From an uncultured delta proteobacterium (GTDB lineage: Bacteria > Myxococcota > Myxococcia > SLRQ01), in the NCBI GenBank assembly GCA_963727485.1, contig CAVSGM010000011.1, positions 512,001 to 576,000 on the forward strand: 64,000 nt of DNA. Reading direction: 5' to 3'. Positions 10,111 through 24,046 of the stretch are shown here, piece by piece. The position numbers and the translations under genes were made by a program. Position 1 is the first letter of the stretch. Every line of letters begins with the position of its first letter. Below the pieces are notes generated by a model. It was not told the origin of the DNA, made no database searches, and saw only the letters and a program-made list of their open reading frames with translations.

Positions 10111-10212
10111 GGGACGCTGCGGCCGGAGGTTCCAAGGCCGCGTTCAGGTTGACAATCCGGCCAGGGGTGATACCCCCCGGGGCCCACCTCCGACGAACGG
10201 GAGCAGCGGCGG

Positions 10213-11261
10213 TTGCCTAGGAACAGCTCGTACACCGTGATGGTCGTCCCCGACCGCACCGCAGCGGTGCGTCGGTACCGCGTGCCCAAGCGCCTGATCC
10301 AGGTGGTGCTCGGCGTGGCGGCCAGTATCCTGCTGGTGGCAGGCGGCGCCACCGTCCACTACTTCGCCATCCTCTCGGATGCGTCGGAGGCGCGGGCGCT
10401 GCGCGACGAGAACCTCCAGCTGCGCAGCGAGCTGCGCCTGGTCCAGGACAAGATGACCCGGGTCTCGGGCTCCCTGGAGCGGGTGGAGCGCCTCGACGCC
10501 AAGCTGCGGATGATGACCCGGCTCAACGACCCGCAGCGAAACCTCGCCATCGGGCCGCTGGGCCCCGACGACCGCCAGCTCTCGAGCCCCACGCCGCCGG
10601 TGGCGGCGCCCGCCGCGGCCACCTCCGCCGACGCCGACTCGGGGATCGACCTCCCGGAGCTCGGGGACAGCCCGGCGAAGACCACCGACGCCCAGCTCGA
10701 GCTCCTCCACGCGCGCCTCGACAACCTGTCGGTCAAGGCCCACCGCGAGGAGACCAGCCTCCGGGAGCTGCGCGAGTACTTCCAGGACCAGAAGACCCTC
10801 CTCTCGGCCATGCCGTCCATCTGGCCCGCCCACGGGTGGGTCACCAGCGGCTTCGGCACCCGGGTGGATCCCTTCACCGGTGAGCGGTCGATGCACGAGG
10901 GCCTGGACATCGCCTCCCAGGAGGGCACCAAGGTCCACGCCCCCGCGGACGGCTCGGTGGTCTACGCCGGCCTCCACGGAGGCTACGGGAATGTCGTGGT
11001 CATCGACCACGGTTTCGGGGTGAACACCCGCTACGGGCACCTCTCGGAGATCTACGTGAAGGTGGGCCAGAAGGTGCACCGGGGCCAGATCATCGGCGCC
11101 ATCGGGAACACCGGCCGGTCCACCGGACCCCACCTCCACTACGAGGTGCGGGTCAACGGAATCCCCGTGGATCCCCGGAAGTTCATCCTGAACTCGAGGG
11201 TCTTCCCGGCCGGCGGCGCGTCCCTGCCGTCCCCGCGGGCACCCTCGCTCGGATATCGATC

Positions 11262-11280
<19 letters not shown>
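10213..11280 (+). CDS. M23 family peptidase with TM helix and coiled coil (true stop probably ~11197)
   Basis: HEGLD and [13 protein letters not shown] motifs. The ORF runs past ...PRKFILN into secA, suggesting a stop lost to an indel. Confidence 0.88.
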
Positions 11281-14045
<2,765 letters not shown>

Positions 14046-14062
14046 CCTCCCTTTCCGCCCGC

Positions 14063-15289
14063 ATGGATCTGACCGTTCGTGGCTTTCGCTTCGGGGGCGT
14101 CCACGCCGGGCTCAAGCGCTCGGGGAAGGCCGACCTCGGCCTCCTCGCCGCCGAGGACCCGCGCGGCGGCCCGGTGAAGGTCGCCGCCACCTTCACCGCC
14201 TCCAGGGCCGCCGCGGCGCCGGTCCTGCTCTCCCGGGAGCGGGCCGCCCGCGGGCGCTGCCGGGGCCTGGTGGTCAACAGCGGCAACGCCAACGCCTGCA
14301 CCGGCGCCCAGGGGATGAAGGACGCCCGGGCCATGACCCGGTCGGCGGCCGCGGCCCTGGGGGTGGACGACGACGAGGTCCTGGTGGCCTCCACCGGGGT
14401 CATCGGGGCGCCCCTGCCCCTGGACGTCATCGACGGCGCCCTCCCGGGCCTCGCCGGTCGCCTCGACCCCGGGGGCTTCGGCGACTTCGCCCGGGCCATC
14501 CTCACCACCGACAACGCCGAGAAGATCGCCGTGGCCGAGGGCCGGGTCGGGGGCCGGACGGTGAGGGTGGTCGGCGCCGCCAAGGGCGCCGGGATGATCA
14601 TGCCCGACATGACCCTGGCGGTGCGCTCGGGCCCTGGCCACGCCACCATGCTCGCCTTCGTCTGCACCGACGCCGCGGTGGGCCTCCCGGTGCTCCGGCG
14701 GCTCACCCGCCGGGCGGTGGATCAGAGCTTCAACGCCATCACCGTCGACGGGGACACCTCCACCAACGACTCGGTCTTCGTCCTGGCCTCGGGCCACGCC
14801 GGGGGGGCGGCGGTGGCCGGGGGCCGGCCCGCGGCGGCCCTCGAGGGCCTGCTCACCGAGGTGATGACCGACCTCGCCCGGGCCATCGTCTCCGACGGTG
14901 AGGGGGCCACCCACCTGGTGGAGATCGTCGTCGAGGGCGCCCGCACCGAGGCCGAGGCCGATCGGGTGGGGCGCCGGGTGGCCAACAGCCCCCTGGTGAA
15001 GACCGCGATCCACGGCCAGGACCCCAACTGGGGGCGGATCGTCGCCGCGGCGGCCTCGGCGGGGGTGCCCCTGGACCCCGAGGCCCTGGACCTGTTCATC
15101 GGCGAGGTCCCGGTCTATCGCCGGGGCCGGTGGCAGGGGCCCGGGGCCGAGGCGGCGGCCCACGCGGTCATGGGGCGCCGGGAGTACCCGGTGCGCCTCA
15201 GGCTCCGCCGGGGGAAGGCCACCCGGCGGCTCTGGGCCTGCGATCTCTCGGCGGACTACGTCCGGATCAACGCCGACTACCGGAGCTGA
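14063..15289 (+). CDS. argJ: Bifunctional ornithine acetyltransferase/N-acetylglutamate synthase
   Basis: [53 protein letters not shown]. Confidence 0.95.
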   Translation: MDLTVRGFRFGGVHAGLKRSGKADLGLLAAEDPRGGPVKVAATFTASRAAAAPVLLSRERAARGRCRGLVVNSGNANACTGAQGMKDARAMTRSAAAALGVDDDEVLVASTGVIGAPLPLDVIDGALPGLAGRLDPGGFGDFARAILTTDNAEKIAVAEGRVGGRTVRVVGAAKGAGMIMPDMTLAVRSGPGHATMLAFVCTDAAVGLPVLRRLTRRAVDQSFNAITVDGDTSTNDSVFVLASGHAGGAAVAGGRPAAALEGLLTEVMTDLARAIVSDGEGATHLVEIVVEGARTEAEADRVGRRVANSPLVKTAIHGQDPNWGRIVAAAASAGVPLDPEALDLFIGEVPVYRRGRWQGPGAEAAAHAVMGRREYPVRLRLRRGKATRRLWACDLSADYVRINADYRS

Positions 15290-15293
15290 CGGC

Positions 15294-15794
15294 CTAGAAC
15301 CGCAGGGCCAGCTTCAGGCCGCCGACCGCGGGCACCAGCGCGGCGGCGACCGGCGCCCTCGGCGGGGTGAGCCAGAGGACCGTCCCGGTGACCAGGGCCA
15401 CCGCCGCCAGGCCCCCGAAGACCACCGAGGCGATCTCCCAGCCCCGCTTCATCCCCGGGTCCTGCTGGGAGAGGCCGATGCCCAGGGTGGCCACGGCCAG
15501 CCCGGTGAAGGCCCCGGCGGCGCCGAAGGCCCCCTCCATGGCCGCGGCGTGGCGGGCCCGGGCGAGCTCGCCGGGGGAGGGCTGGCTCCAGGCGGACTGG
15601 CCGGCGTCGTCGCCGCCGTCGTCCGAGGGGGCCGGCGGGAGGTCGATGCCCCCCTGGCTGCCCGCGTCCCCCTTGGGGGGCGGGGGCAGGTCGATGGGCT
15701 GGCGGTCCGGGGGGACGTTGTCCCCGGCGTGGGCCACCGCGGGGGCCAGAACCAGGGTGGCCGCGACCAGGACCGTGCCCAACTTGTGCACCAT
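15294..15794 (-). CDS. Small exported protein with two hydrophobic helices and C-terminal ...LALRF
   Basis: Signal peptide ending AHA, Pro-rich linker, GC3-biased codons, and a TTGACC/TATACC promoter directly upstream. Confidence 0.65.
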   Translation of the reverse strand: MVHKLGTVLVAATLVLAPAVAHAGDNVPPDRQPIDLPPPPKGDAGSQGGIDLPPAPSDDGGDDAGQSAWSQPSPGELARARHAAAMEGAFGAAGAFTGLAVATLGIGLSQQDPGMKRGWEIASVVFGGLAAVALVTGTVLWLTPPRAPVAAALVPAVGGLKLALRF

Positions 15795-15904
15795 GGGCGA
15801 CGGGTATACCGTGCGCCTCCCCCGGGTCAAGCGGCGTGGCGGTTGCGGGTTGCTGACCTGGGGTGGGGGTGGTATAGACGCCGGTCTTTCCCGATCCCCC
15901 CAAA

Positions 15905-16030
15905 AATACTCACATCGCCCGACCGGGGTCGGGGTGCCAAAGGCTGGAGATCCTCCACGGATCCCAAACCGATGGTCCGCTCCCGGGATGACGGCGATGG
16001 CGGAAACAACCCACCAGATAGAAGGTACAC
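15905..16030 (+). promoter_or_regulatory. rpsB 5' leader (putative S2 autoregulatory RNA)
   Basis: Long structured UTR (CATCGCC...GGCGATG stem, internal GGGGTG) downstream of a TTGCTG-17-TATAGA promoter (15850-15878). The position is typical of rpsB leaders. Confidence 0.55.
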
Positions 16031-16034
16031 AGTC

Positions 16035-17018
<984 letters not shown>

Positions 17019-17070
17019 CGGCTGCTCTCGACTTTCGCATCCGCTTCGTACCAGAAGGACTTCAAGACCG

Positions 17071-17727
17071 ATGGCCCAGATCACCGCACAGCTCGTCAAG
17101 CAGCTCCGTGAACAGACCGGCGCCGGGATGATGGACTGCAAGAAGGCCCTCACCGAGACCGATGGCGACGTCGAGAAGGCGTCCGACTGGCTCCGGGAGA
17201 AGGGCATCGCCTCCGCCTCCAAGAAGGCCGGGCGCGCCGCCACCGAGGGCGTGGTCCACAGCTACATCCACGCCGGTGGCAAGATCGGCGTCCTGGTCGA
17301 GATCAACTGCGAGACCGACTTCGCCGCCAAGAACGAGCAGTTCCAGGCCCTGGTGAAGGACGTGGCGATGCACATCGCCGCCTCCGCCCCCCTGGCGGTG
17401 CGCCGCGAGGAGATTCCCGCGGACATCGTGGCCAAGGAGCGGGAGATCTACAAGGCCCAGGCCCGGGAGTCGGGCAAGCCCGAGAAGATCCTCGACAAGA
17501 TCGTCGAGGGCAAGGTCGACAAGTTCTTCAAGGACAGCTGCCTCCTCGAGCAGCCCTTCGTGAAGGACACCGACAAGAGCGTGGAGCAGGTGGTCAAGGA
17601 GGCGATCGCCGTCATCGGCGAGAACATCTCCGTGCGCCGATTCACCCGCTACGTCCTCGGCGAGGGCCTCGAGAAGAAGGAAGAGGATTTCGCGGCCGAG
17701 GTCGCCAAGGCCGCCGCCGGGGGCTGA
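17071..17727 (+). CDS. tsf: Translation elongation factor Ts (short form)
   Basis: [22 protein letters not shown]. Confidence 0.98.
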   Translation: MAQITAQLVKQLREQTGAGMMDCKKALTETDGDVEKASDWLREKGIASASKKAGRAATEGVVHSYIHAGGKIGVLVEINCETDFAAKNEQFQALVKDVAMHIAASAPLAVRREEIPADIVAKEREIYKAQARESGKPEKILDKIVEGKVDKFFKDSCLLEQPFVKDTDKSVEQVVKEAIAVIGENISVRRFTRYVLGEGLEKKEEDFAAEVAKAAAGG

Positions 17728-17779
17728 TCCGGGGCCGGGCTGCTTGACCCACCCCGGGGGCGGTTGTAGATCGCCCACC

Positions 17780-18544
17780 ATGCCACCGGGTCCCCGCTTC
17801 CAGCGCATCCTCCTCAAGCTGTCCGGCGAGGCCCTCATGGGCCCCGGCAAGGGCGGCATCGACACCGCGACCCTGCAGCAGATCAGCCGGGAGGTGCGAG
17901 ACATCGCAGCTCTCGGCGTCCAGGTGGGGATCGTCATCGGCGGTGGGAACATCTTCCGGGGCATCGCCGGGAGCACCGCCGGGATGGACCGGGCGAATGC
18001 CGACTACATGGGCATGCTCGCCACGGTCATCAACGCCCTGGCCCTCCAGGACGCCCTGGAGAAGCTCAGCGTGTTCACCCGGGTCCAGACCGCCATCGAG
18101 ATGAAGGAGCTCGCCGAGCCCTACATCCGCCGGCGCGCCATCCGCCATCTGGAGAAGGGGCGGGTGGTGATCCTCGCCGCGGGCACCGGCAACCCCTACT
18201 TCACCACCGACACCGCCGCGGCGCTCCGGGCCATGGAGCTCCACGCCGAGGTGATCCTCAAGGCGACCAAGGTCGACGGCATCTACACCGCCGACCCGAT
18301 GCTCGACCCCACCGCCACCCGGTTCAAGACCCTGACCTACATGGACGTGCTCCGCCGCGATCTCAAGGTCATGGACTCCACGGCCATCAGCCTCTGCAAG
18401 GACAACAAGCTGCCCATCGTGGTCTTCAACCTGGGGGAGCCGGGGAACGTGAAGCGGGTGGTCTGCGGCGAGGACGTGGGCACGGTGGTCGGTGACCTCC
18501 CGGCCCCCTCCGGGGACGAAGCCGGGGACACGGCCTCGGCCTAG
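17780..18544 (+). CDS. pyrH: UMP kinase
   Basis: [32 protein letters not shown]. Confidence 0.97.
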   Translation: MPPGPRFQRILLKLSGEALMGPGKGGIDTATLQQISREVRDIAALGVQVGIVIGGGNIFRGIAGSTAGMDRANADYMGMLATVINALALQDALEKLSVFTRVQTAIEMKELAEPYIRRRAIRHLEKGRVVILAAGTGNPYFTTDTAAALRAMELHAEVILKATKVDGIYTADPMLDPTATRFKTLTYMDVLRRDLKVMDSTAISLCKDNKLPIVVFNLGEPGNVKRVVCGEDVGTVVGDLPAPSGDEAGDTASA

Positions 18545-18590
18545 GGTCGGGGACAGGGCGAGGGCGGACGGACACATCCAAGGAGGGGCC

Positions 18591-19148
18591 ATGATCGACG
18601 ACGTTCTCGGGGAGCTGAAGAGCCGCATCGACGAAACCTGCGACGCCCTGCGGCGGGAGCTGGGGCGCCTGCGGACCGGCCGGGCCAGCCTCTCGATCCT
18701 CGAGGGGATCCGCGTCGACTACTACGGCCAGGCGACGCCCCTCAACGGCGTGGCGGCCCTCTCGGTGCCCGAGCCGCGGACCATCGCCATCAAGCCCTGG
18801 GACAAGGCGATGCTCCAGCCCATCGAGAAGTCCATCATCGAGGCGAACCTGGGCATCAACCCCATGAGCGACGGTGAGTTCATCCGCCTGCCCATCCCCC
18901 CGCTCACCGAGGAGCGGCGCAAGGAGATGGTCAAGCAGGTCAAGCACAAGGGCGAGGAGCACAAGGTCACCATCCGCAACGCCCGGCGCGACGCCAAGGA
19001 CCTCCTCGAGGAGGCCACCAAGGAGGGCGAGATCTCCGAGGATGAGCTCAAGCGGGCGCTGGAGAAGCTCCAGCAGCTCACCGACGGGGGCGTGAAGCAC
19101 GTCGAGGAGATCGTCGCCAAGAAGGACGAGGAGCTGATGGAGGTCTGA
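18591..19148 (+). CDS. frr: Ribosome recycling factor
   Basis: RTGRAS, DYYG, PPLTEERRKE, IRNARRDA. AGGAGG RBS. Confidence 0.97.
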   Translation: MIDDVLGELKSRIDETCDALRRELGRLRTGRASLSILEGIRVDYYGQATPLNGVAALSVPEPRTIAIKPWDKAMLQPIEKSIIEANLGINPMSDGEFIRLPIPPLTEERRKEMVKQVKHKGEEHKVTIRNARRDAKDLLEEATKEGEISEDELKRALEKLQQLTDGGVKHVEEIVAKKDEELMEV

Positions 19149-19173
19149 GGGCCGGCGCCCTCGCGCGCGGGCC

Positions 19174-20850
19174 TCAGCGCTTCGGGCGCCAGGGGTGGTA
19201 GCCCTGGGCGAGCGGCATCCGCCAGCTCTCCCCGAACATCCTCGGGCTCACCTTGAGGCCCGGGGCCGCCTGCCGCCGCTTGTACTCGGCGCGGACCAGC
19301 AGGCGCAGGACCTCGTCGACCACCGCCCGGTCGATGCCCCGCTCGGCGATGCGCTCGGCGGGGAGGCGCTCCTCGACGTAGGCGGCGACCACCTCGTCGA
19401 GGAGGGCGTAGGCGGGCAGGCTCTCCTCGTCGGTCTGGTCCGCCCGGAGCTCGGCGCTCGGGGCCTTGTCGAAGATGCGCCGGGGGATGACCTCGGACCC
19501 GCGCCGGGCGTTGAACCGCGCCGCCACCCGGTAGACCCGGGTCTTGAGGACGTCGGCCAGGGGCGCCAGCCCTCCGCACATGTCCCCGTAGAGGGTGGCG
19601 TAGCCCACGGCGAGCTCGCTCTTGTTCCCGGTGGCCAGCAGCAGGTGGCCCAGCTTGTTGGACAGGGCCATGAGATAGAGGCCGCGGATGCGCGCCTGGA
19701 GGTTCTCCTCGGTGAGGTCCGGGGCCCGACCCTCGAAGGCGGGCTGGAGGGCCTCGAGGATGGCCTCGAAGGGGCCCTCGATGGGGATCTCCCGGGTGGC
19801 GATGCCCAGGTTCGCCGCCAGGGCCAGGGCGTCCTCGGTGGAGGCGTCGGAGGTGAAGCGCGAGGGCATCAGCACCCCGAGGACGTTCTCGGGCCCCAGG
19901 GCCTCGGCGGCGAGGCAGGCCACCAGGGCCGAGTCCATGCCCCCGGAGAGGCCGAGGACGGCCCGGGAGAAGCCGGTCTTGTGGAAGTAGCCGGCGAGCC
20001 CGGTCACCAGGGCGTCGAGGACCTCGTCGCCCTCGGCCTCCTCGCCCTCGGGGAGCGGGGGCACCGTCCCCCGGGCGTCGCCGGTGTCGAAGACCTTCAG
20101 GTCCTCGGCGAAGGCGGCGCAGCGGACCACGGCCTGGCCGTCGGCGGCGAAGGCCTCGCTGTTCCCGTCGAACACCAGGCTGTCGTTGCCCCCCACCAGG
20201 TTCACCGCGACCACCTGCACCCCGTGATGGGAGGCGGTGGCGGCGAGCATCCGCGAGCGCAGGGCCGGCTTGCCCACGTGGAACGGCGAGGCGGCGACGT
20301 TGACGATGACGTCGGCCCCGGCGGCCACCAGCTCGGCGATGGGGTCGCGCTCGTAGCGGCGGACCTCCCAGAACCGGGCGTCGTTCCAGATGTCCTCGCA
20401 GATGGACAGGCCGAGGGTGACGCCCCGGAAGGGCACCACCGTCACCGACTCGCCGGGCTCGAAGTACCGGCGCTCGTCGAAGACGTCGTAGTAGGGCAGG
20501 AGGATCTTCCGGGCGGTGGCGGTGATCCGTCCGTCGTCGATGAGGGCGCAGGCGTTGTGGAGGTGCGGGCCGGGGCCCTCGCGGACGACCTCCGGGAAGC
20601 CCACCACCACCCCGATCCCCGCGTTCCACTCGGCGGGAGTGGCGAGCTGCCCGAGGGTCTCCCGGGCGGCGGCGATGAACGCCGGGTCGTCGAGGTGATC
20701 CTTGGCGGAGTAGCCGCAGAGGGTGAGCTCGGGGAAGACCACCAGCTCGGCGCCCGCTTCCCGGGCCTCCACCGTGCGCCGGCGCACCCGCTCGGCGTTG
20801 CCGGCGAAGTCGCCGACGGTGGTGTCGATCTGAGCGAGGGCGATCTTCAC
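19174..20850 (-). CDS. nadE: Glutamine-dependent NAD+ synthetase
   Basis: Nitrilase domain (FPEL, FDERRYF, ICEDIW) plus synthetase domain (LSGGMDS, ENLQARIR, TGNKSE, PSAEL). Confidence 0.96.
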   Translation of the reverse strand: MKIALAQIDTTVGDFAGNAERVRRRTVEAREAGAELVVFPELTLCGYSAKDHLDDPAFIAAARETLGQLATPAEWNAGIGVVVGFPEVVREGPGPHLHNACALIDDGRITATARKILLPYYDVFDERRYFEPGESVTVVPFRGVTLGLSICEDIWNDARFWEVRRYERDPIAELVAAGADVIVNVAASPFHVGKPALRSRMLAATASHHGVQVVAVNLVGGNDSLVFDGNSEAFAADGQAVVRCAAFAEDLKVFDTGDARGTVPPLPEGEEAEGDEVLDALVTGLAGYFHKTGFSRAVLGLSGGMDSALVACLAAEALGPENVLGVLMPSRFTSDASTEDALALAANLGIATREIPIEGPFEAILEALQPAFEGRAPDLTEENLQARIRGLYLMALSNKLGHLLLATGNKSELAVGYATLYGDMCGGLAPLADVLKTRVYRVAARFNARRGSEVIPRRIFDKAPSAELRADQTDEESLPAYALLDEVVAAYVEERLPAERIAERGIDRAVVDEVLRLLVRAEYKRRQAAPGLKVSPRMFGESWRMPLAQGYHPWRPKR

Positions 20851-21449
20851 GCGTAACGCTGGATCACCGCCTCCACGGGGAGGAAGTGACAGCCCATCCC
20901 GGCCATGGCGGCCAGGTGGAAGGCCGCGCGCTCGCCGTCGAGGTGGGCCAGGGCGTCGGAGACCACGATGGTGGTCTTGTTCCGGACCCGCAGACCCATG
21001 GCCAGCGAGCGGACGCCGATCTCTAGGGGGAGCCCGAAGATCACGTGCTCCTCGGCGTCGGCGGCGGCGATGACCTTGTCGCCGTTGACGTTGCCGAAGA
21101 TCCCGCGCCGGTGCTGGGGGCTGTGGACCACCAGCGGCTCGGCGGCGCTGACCTCGATCTGGGTCAGGGGATCGCCGGCGACGACCTGGTAGCTCGAGAC
21201 CTCGAGGGTCGGCGCCAGATCGTGCCCGGGGGTGCCGAGGACGCAGTGAGGCGGGAAGGCCTCGAACGCCGGATCGTCCTCGACGTGGGTGTCCTGGGTG
21301 AGGATGAGTGGGATCTCCCGCTCGGCGGCGTGGCGCTTGAGACGCAGCGCCGCCTGGAGGACACGCTCTGCCCCGGACACAGGCAGGGCGCCCTCAGCTT
21401 CAATGAAGTCCCGCTGGAGACCAACCCCGATGAACACGGCGCGCCGCAT
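20847..21449 (-). CDS. Isochorismatase/nicotinamidase-fold protein lacking catalytic residues
   Basis: QRDF..GAL, TQDTH and FPPHCV..GT motifs of PncA are present, but the catalytic D/K/C positions appear substituted. GTGA overlap with nadE. Confidence 0.8.
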   Translation of the reverse strand: MRRAVFIGVGLQRDFIEAEGALPVSGAERVLQAALRLKRHAAEREIPLILTQDTHVEDDPAFEAFPPHCVLGTPGHDLAPTLEVSSYQVVAGDPLTQIEVSAAEPLVVHSPQHRRGIFGNVNGDKVIAAADAEEHVIFGLPLEIGVRSLAMGLRVRNKTTIVVSDALAHLDGERAAFHLAAMAGMGCHFLPVEAVIQRYA

Positions 21450-21562
21450 GGGGGGCGGACGATAGCCACCTAGGCCCCCGGGGTCAATGGATTCGACACG
21501 GTCTTTTCGGGGTGCATCCAGCCCTTCGACCGCCCCCGATCCCGGTGTATGATCGCCGTTCG

Positions 21563-22651
21563 ATGGCCGACACCGAGCACCAGCAACCAGAAGCCGGCGA
21601 TCCCAGGCCCCGCGTGCTCGTCCTCGAGGCCAACCGGGCGGTCCAGGCGGCCCTCCGCAAGCACCTCGAGGAGGGCGGGTACGAGGTCACCACGGTGGCG
21701 ACCGCCGACGAGGCGGTGGAGGCGGTGGGGACCGTCGATCCCGAGGTCGTCCTCGCCGGGGCCGAGGCCCCCGAGCGCCTGGGCGAGGCCGCCTGCCTCC
21801 GCCTCCGCGCCGAGGTCGCCGGGAACCTCCCGGTGATCCTCCTCTACGCCCCCGGTGACGACGACGCCGAGCACCGGGCGATGACCGCCGGGGCGGACAG
21901 CTACCTGGTGGCCCCGGTCAAGAAGCACGCGGTCCTCGCCGCCGCCCGGGACATGCTGCGCATCCGCGCCCTCCTCGACCAGATCGAGACCCTGGAGCGG
22001 CGCCTGCAGCAGGTCAGCGCCGACGGCGGGCCAGAGGCCGGGGCGGCGACCGGGGGCCCGGCCGCCCAGGACGCCGGGGACGCCACCGGTTCCAAGGACG
22101 CCCAGGACGCCGGGGCGGGGCAGGGCGCCGAGGCCGAGACCGAGCCGGTCTACGACTTCGCCTTCTTCAAGAAGCTCCTCCTCATGGAGATCAAGCGCTC
22201 CCGGCGCTACGCCTACCCCATCAGCCTCGCCCTGGTGGCCTTCGACGCCTTCCCCGAGGTCACCTCCGACCTCGACGCCCGCGCCCGGGGGCGCCTGGTG
22301 GGGTCGCTCCTCGCCACCATCACCAAGGCCATCCGGGACATCGATCTCCCGGTCCTCTACGCCGAGGACAAGGTCCTGGTGTTCATGCCCCACACCCCGC
22401 GCCAGGGCGCCCTCCTGGTGGGCGGCCGGCTCCGGGATCGCATCCGGGGGCACGTCGCCGACCTCGGCGACGAAGAGCGCATCCGGGTGACCGCCAGCAT
22501 CGGTGTCGCGGCCTTCGAGGGCCAGGGCACCGTCTCCTTCGGCAGCCTCATCAAGGACGCCACCGCGGCCCTGCGCCGCGCCCAGCTCGACGGTGGCGAC
22601 CGCGTCGAAGCCGCCGCCCCTGCCCCGAAGAGCCGTGTCTCCATCGGCTGA
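21563..22651 (+). CDS. Pseudo-receiver plus degenerate GGDEF protein
   Basis: REC-like N-terminus without the Asp/Lys residues. GGDEF fold with RDID I-site but YAEDK in place of the active-site motif. Confidence 0.8.
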   Translation: MADTEHQQPEAGDPRPRVLVLEANRAVQAALRKHLEEGGYEVTTVATADEAVEAVGTVDPEVVLAGAEAPERLGEAACLRLRAEVAGNLPVILLYAPGDDDAEHRAMTAGADSYLVAPVKKHAVLAAARDMLRIRALLDQIETLERRLQQVSADGGPEAGAATGGPAAQDAGDATGSKDAQDAGAGQGAEAETEPVYDFAFFKKLLLMEIKRSRRYAYPISLALVAFDAFPEVTSDLDARARGRLVGSLLATITKAIRDIDLPVLYAEDKVLVFMPHTPRQGALLVGGRLRDRIRGHVADLGDEERIRVTASIGVAAFEGQGTVSFGSLIKDATAALRRAQLDGGDRVEAAAPAPKSRVSIG

Positions 22652-22670
22652 ACCGAGCGGTCCCGCGAAC

Positions 22671-23339
22671 ATGGCCCAGCAATCCCGGAAGATGGTCACC
22701 GGCTTCAACCACAACATCAAGCACCGGGGCCAGATCTTCCACGTCCAGACCGAGGACTCGGGGACCGACAACCCCCACATCATCACCCACCTGTTCATCG
22801 GCGGGAACATCCTCGCGTCCAAGAAGACCTCGTACGCCGACATCGTCCACGCCGACAACCTCACCGAGGTGGTGCGGGCCCTGATGGAGGAGCAGCACAA
22901 GGAGATGCTGCGCAACCTCATCAACGGGGTCTACGACCAGGTGATCCAGCAGTACCAGACCCGGGCCTGGCAGCCCGGGGTGGTCGACGTGAACCAGCCC
23001 GGGTCCCCGGCCCCCACCGCCCCGGCCCCCGCGCCCGTCGCGCGGCCCGCCGTCGCACCGCCGGCCGCCGCCCCCCCGGCTGCCGCCCCGCCCCCCGCCG
23101 CCGCGCCACCCGCCGCCGCGCCGCCGGCTGCCGCCCCGCCCCCCGCCGCGCCGCCCCAGGCCGGGGCCCCTCCTCCGGCCCAGTCCCTGCCCCCGGAGGT
23201 CGTCGCCGCCCAGAACCTCGAGATCAAGCCCACGCCCAAGGAGGGCGGGGACACCATCTTCGGCGAGGACCTGATCAGCGAGCGCAGCCTCGACGAGGTG
23301 ATCCTCTCGTACCTCGCCGAGGACACCGGCGACACGTGA
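22671..23339 (+). CDS. Conserved hypothetical protein with Pro/Ala-rich linker
   Basis: GFNHNIKH..FHVQTEDSG N-terminal domain, AAPP repeats, C-terminal ERSLDEVILSYL. Stop overlaps the ftsE start. Confidence 0.8.
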   Translation: MAQQSRKMVTGFNHNIKHRGQIFHVQTEDSGTDNPHIITHLFIGGNILASKKTSYADIVHADNLTEVVRALMEEQHKEMLRNLINGVYDQVIQQYQTRAWQPGVVDVNQPGSPAPTAPAPAPVARPAVAPPAAAPPAAAPPPAAAPPAAAPPAAAPPPAAPPQAGAPPPAQSLPPEVVAAQNLEIKPTPKEGGDTIFGEDLISERSLDEVILSYLAEDTGDT

Positions 23340-24046
23340 TCAAGCTCTTCCACGTCACCAAGCAGTTCCCGGGCTCGCCGCCCGCCCTGCGTGACGTGAC
23401 CCTGCGCGTGCCCAAGGGGCAGTTCGTGTTCCTCACCGGCCCCTCGGGGGCCGGGAAGACCACGCTCCTGCGAACCATCTTCTGCGCCGAGCGCCCCACC
23501 GAGGGGCAGATCCTGGTCGGCGGCCGGAACACCGCCCGCCTCAACCGCAACTCCATCGCCCACCTCCGCCGGGAGATCGGCGTGGTGTTCCAGGACTTCA
23601 AGCTCATCCCCTCGCGGACCGTGGGCGAGAACGTCGCCTTCGCCCTCGAGGTCGTGGGCAGCTCCCGCAAGGAGATCCTCCGGCGGGTCTACTTCCTCCT
23701 CAAGTCGGTGGGCCTCGAGTCCAAGATGAACGCCAGCCCCAAGACCCTGTCGGGCGGCGAGCAGCAGCGCGTCGCCGTGTGCCGGGCGCTGGCCAACCAC
23801 CCGAGCATCCTCCTGGCCGACGAGCCCACCGGGAACCTCGACGCCGAGCGGGCGGTGGAGATCATGGACCTGCTCCACGAGGCCAACACCAAGGGCACCA
23901 CGGTGGTCGTCGCCACCCACGACATGGACCTGGTCGAGCGCTTCCGGCGCCGGCTCATCCGCCTCGAGGCCGGGCAGATCGTCGAGGACGACGAGGCGCC
24001 CCCCGACGAGGAGGCCGAGGCCGAGGACGGGGGCGAGGCGGCGTGA
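23336..24046 (+). CDS. ftsE: Cell division ATP-binding protein FtsE
   Basis: GPSGAGKTT, VFQDFKL, LSGGEQQR, ADEPTGNLD; followed by ftsX. Confidence 0.93.
   Translation: MIKLFHVTKQFPGSPPALRDVTLRVPKGQFVFLTGPSGAGKTTLLRTIFCAERPTEGQILVGGRNTARLNRNSIAHLRREIGVVFQDFKLIPSRTVGENVAFALEVVGSSRKEILRRVYFLLKSVGLESKMNASPKTLSGGEQQRVAVCRALANHPSILLADEPTGNLDAERAVEIMDLLHEANTKGTTVVVATHDMDLVERFRRRLIRLEAGQIVEDDEAPPDEEAEAEDGGEAA

Noticed and set aside
10132..10148. Second LexA box (…GTTCAGG) upstream of the M23 gene
   Set aside because: Only the right half-site matches; there is no GAAC-like left half.
17071..17727. Short EF-Ts as a truncation
   Set aside because: The ~200-aa EF-Ts form is normal in several lineages, including deltaproteobacteria-like groups.
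23000..23190. C-rich low-complexity tract as a nucleotide repeat element
   Set aside because: It simply encodes an AAPP Pro/Ala linker.
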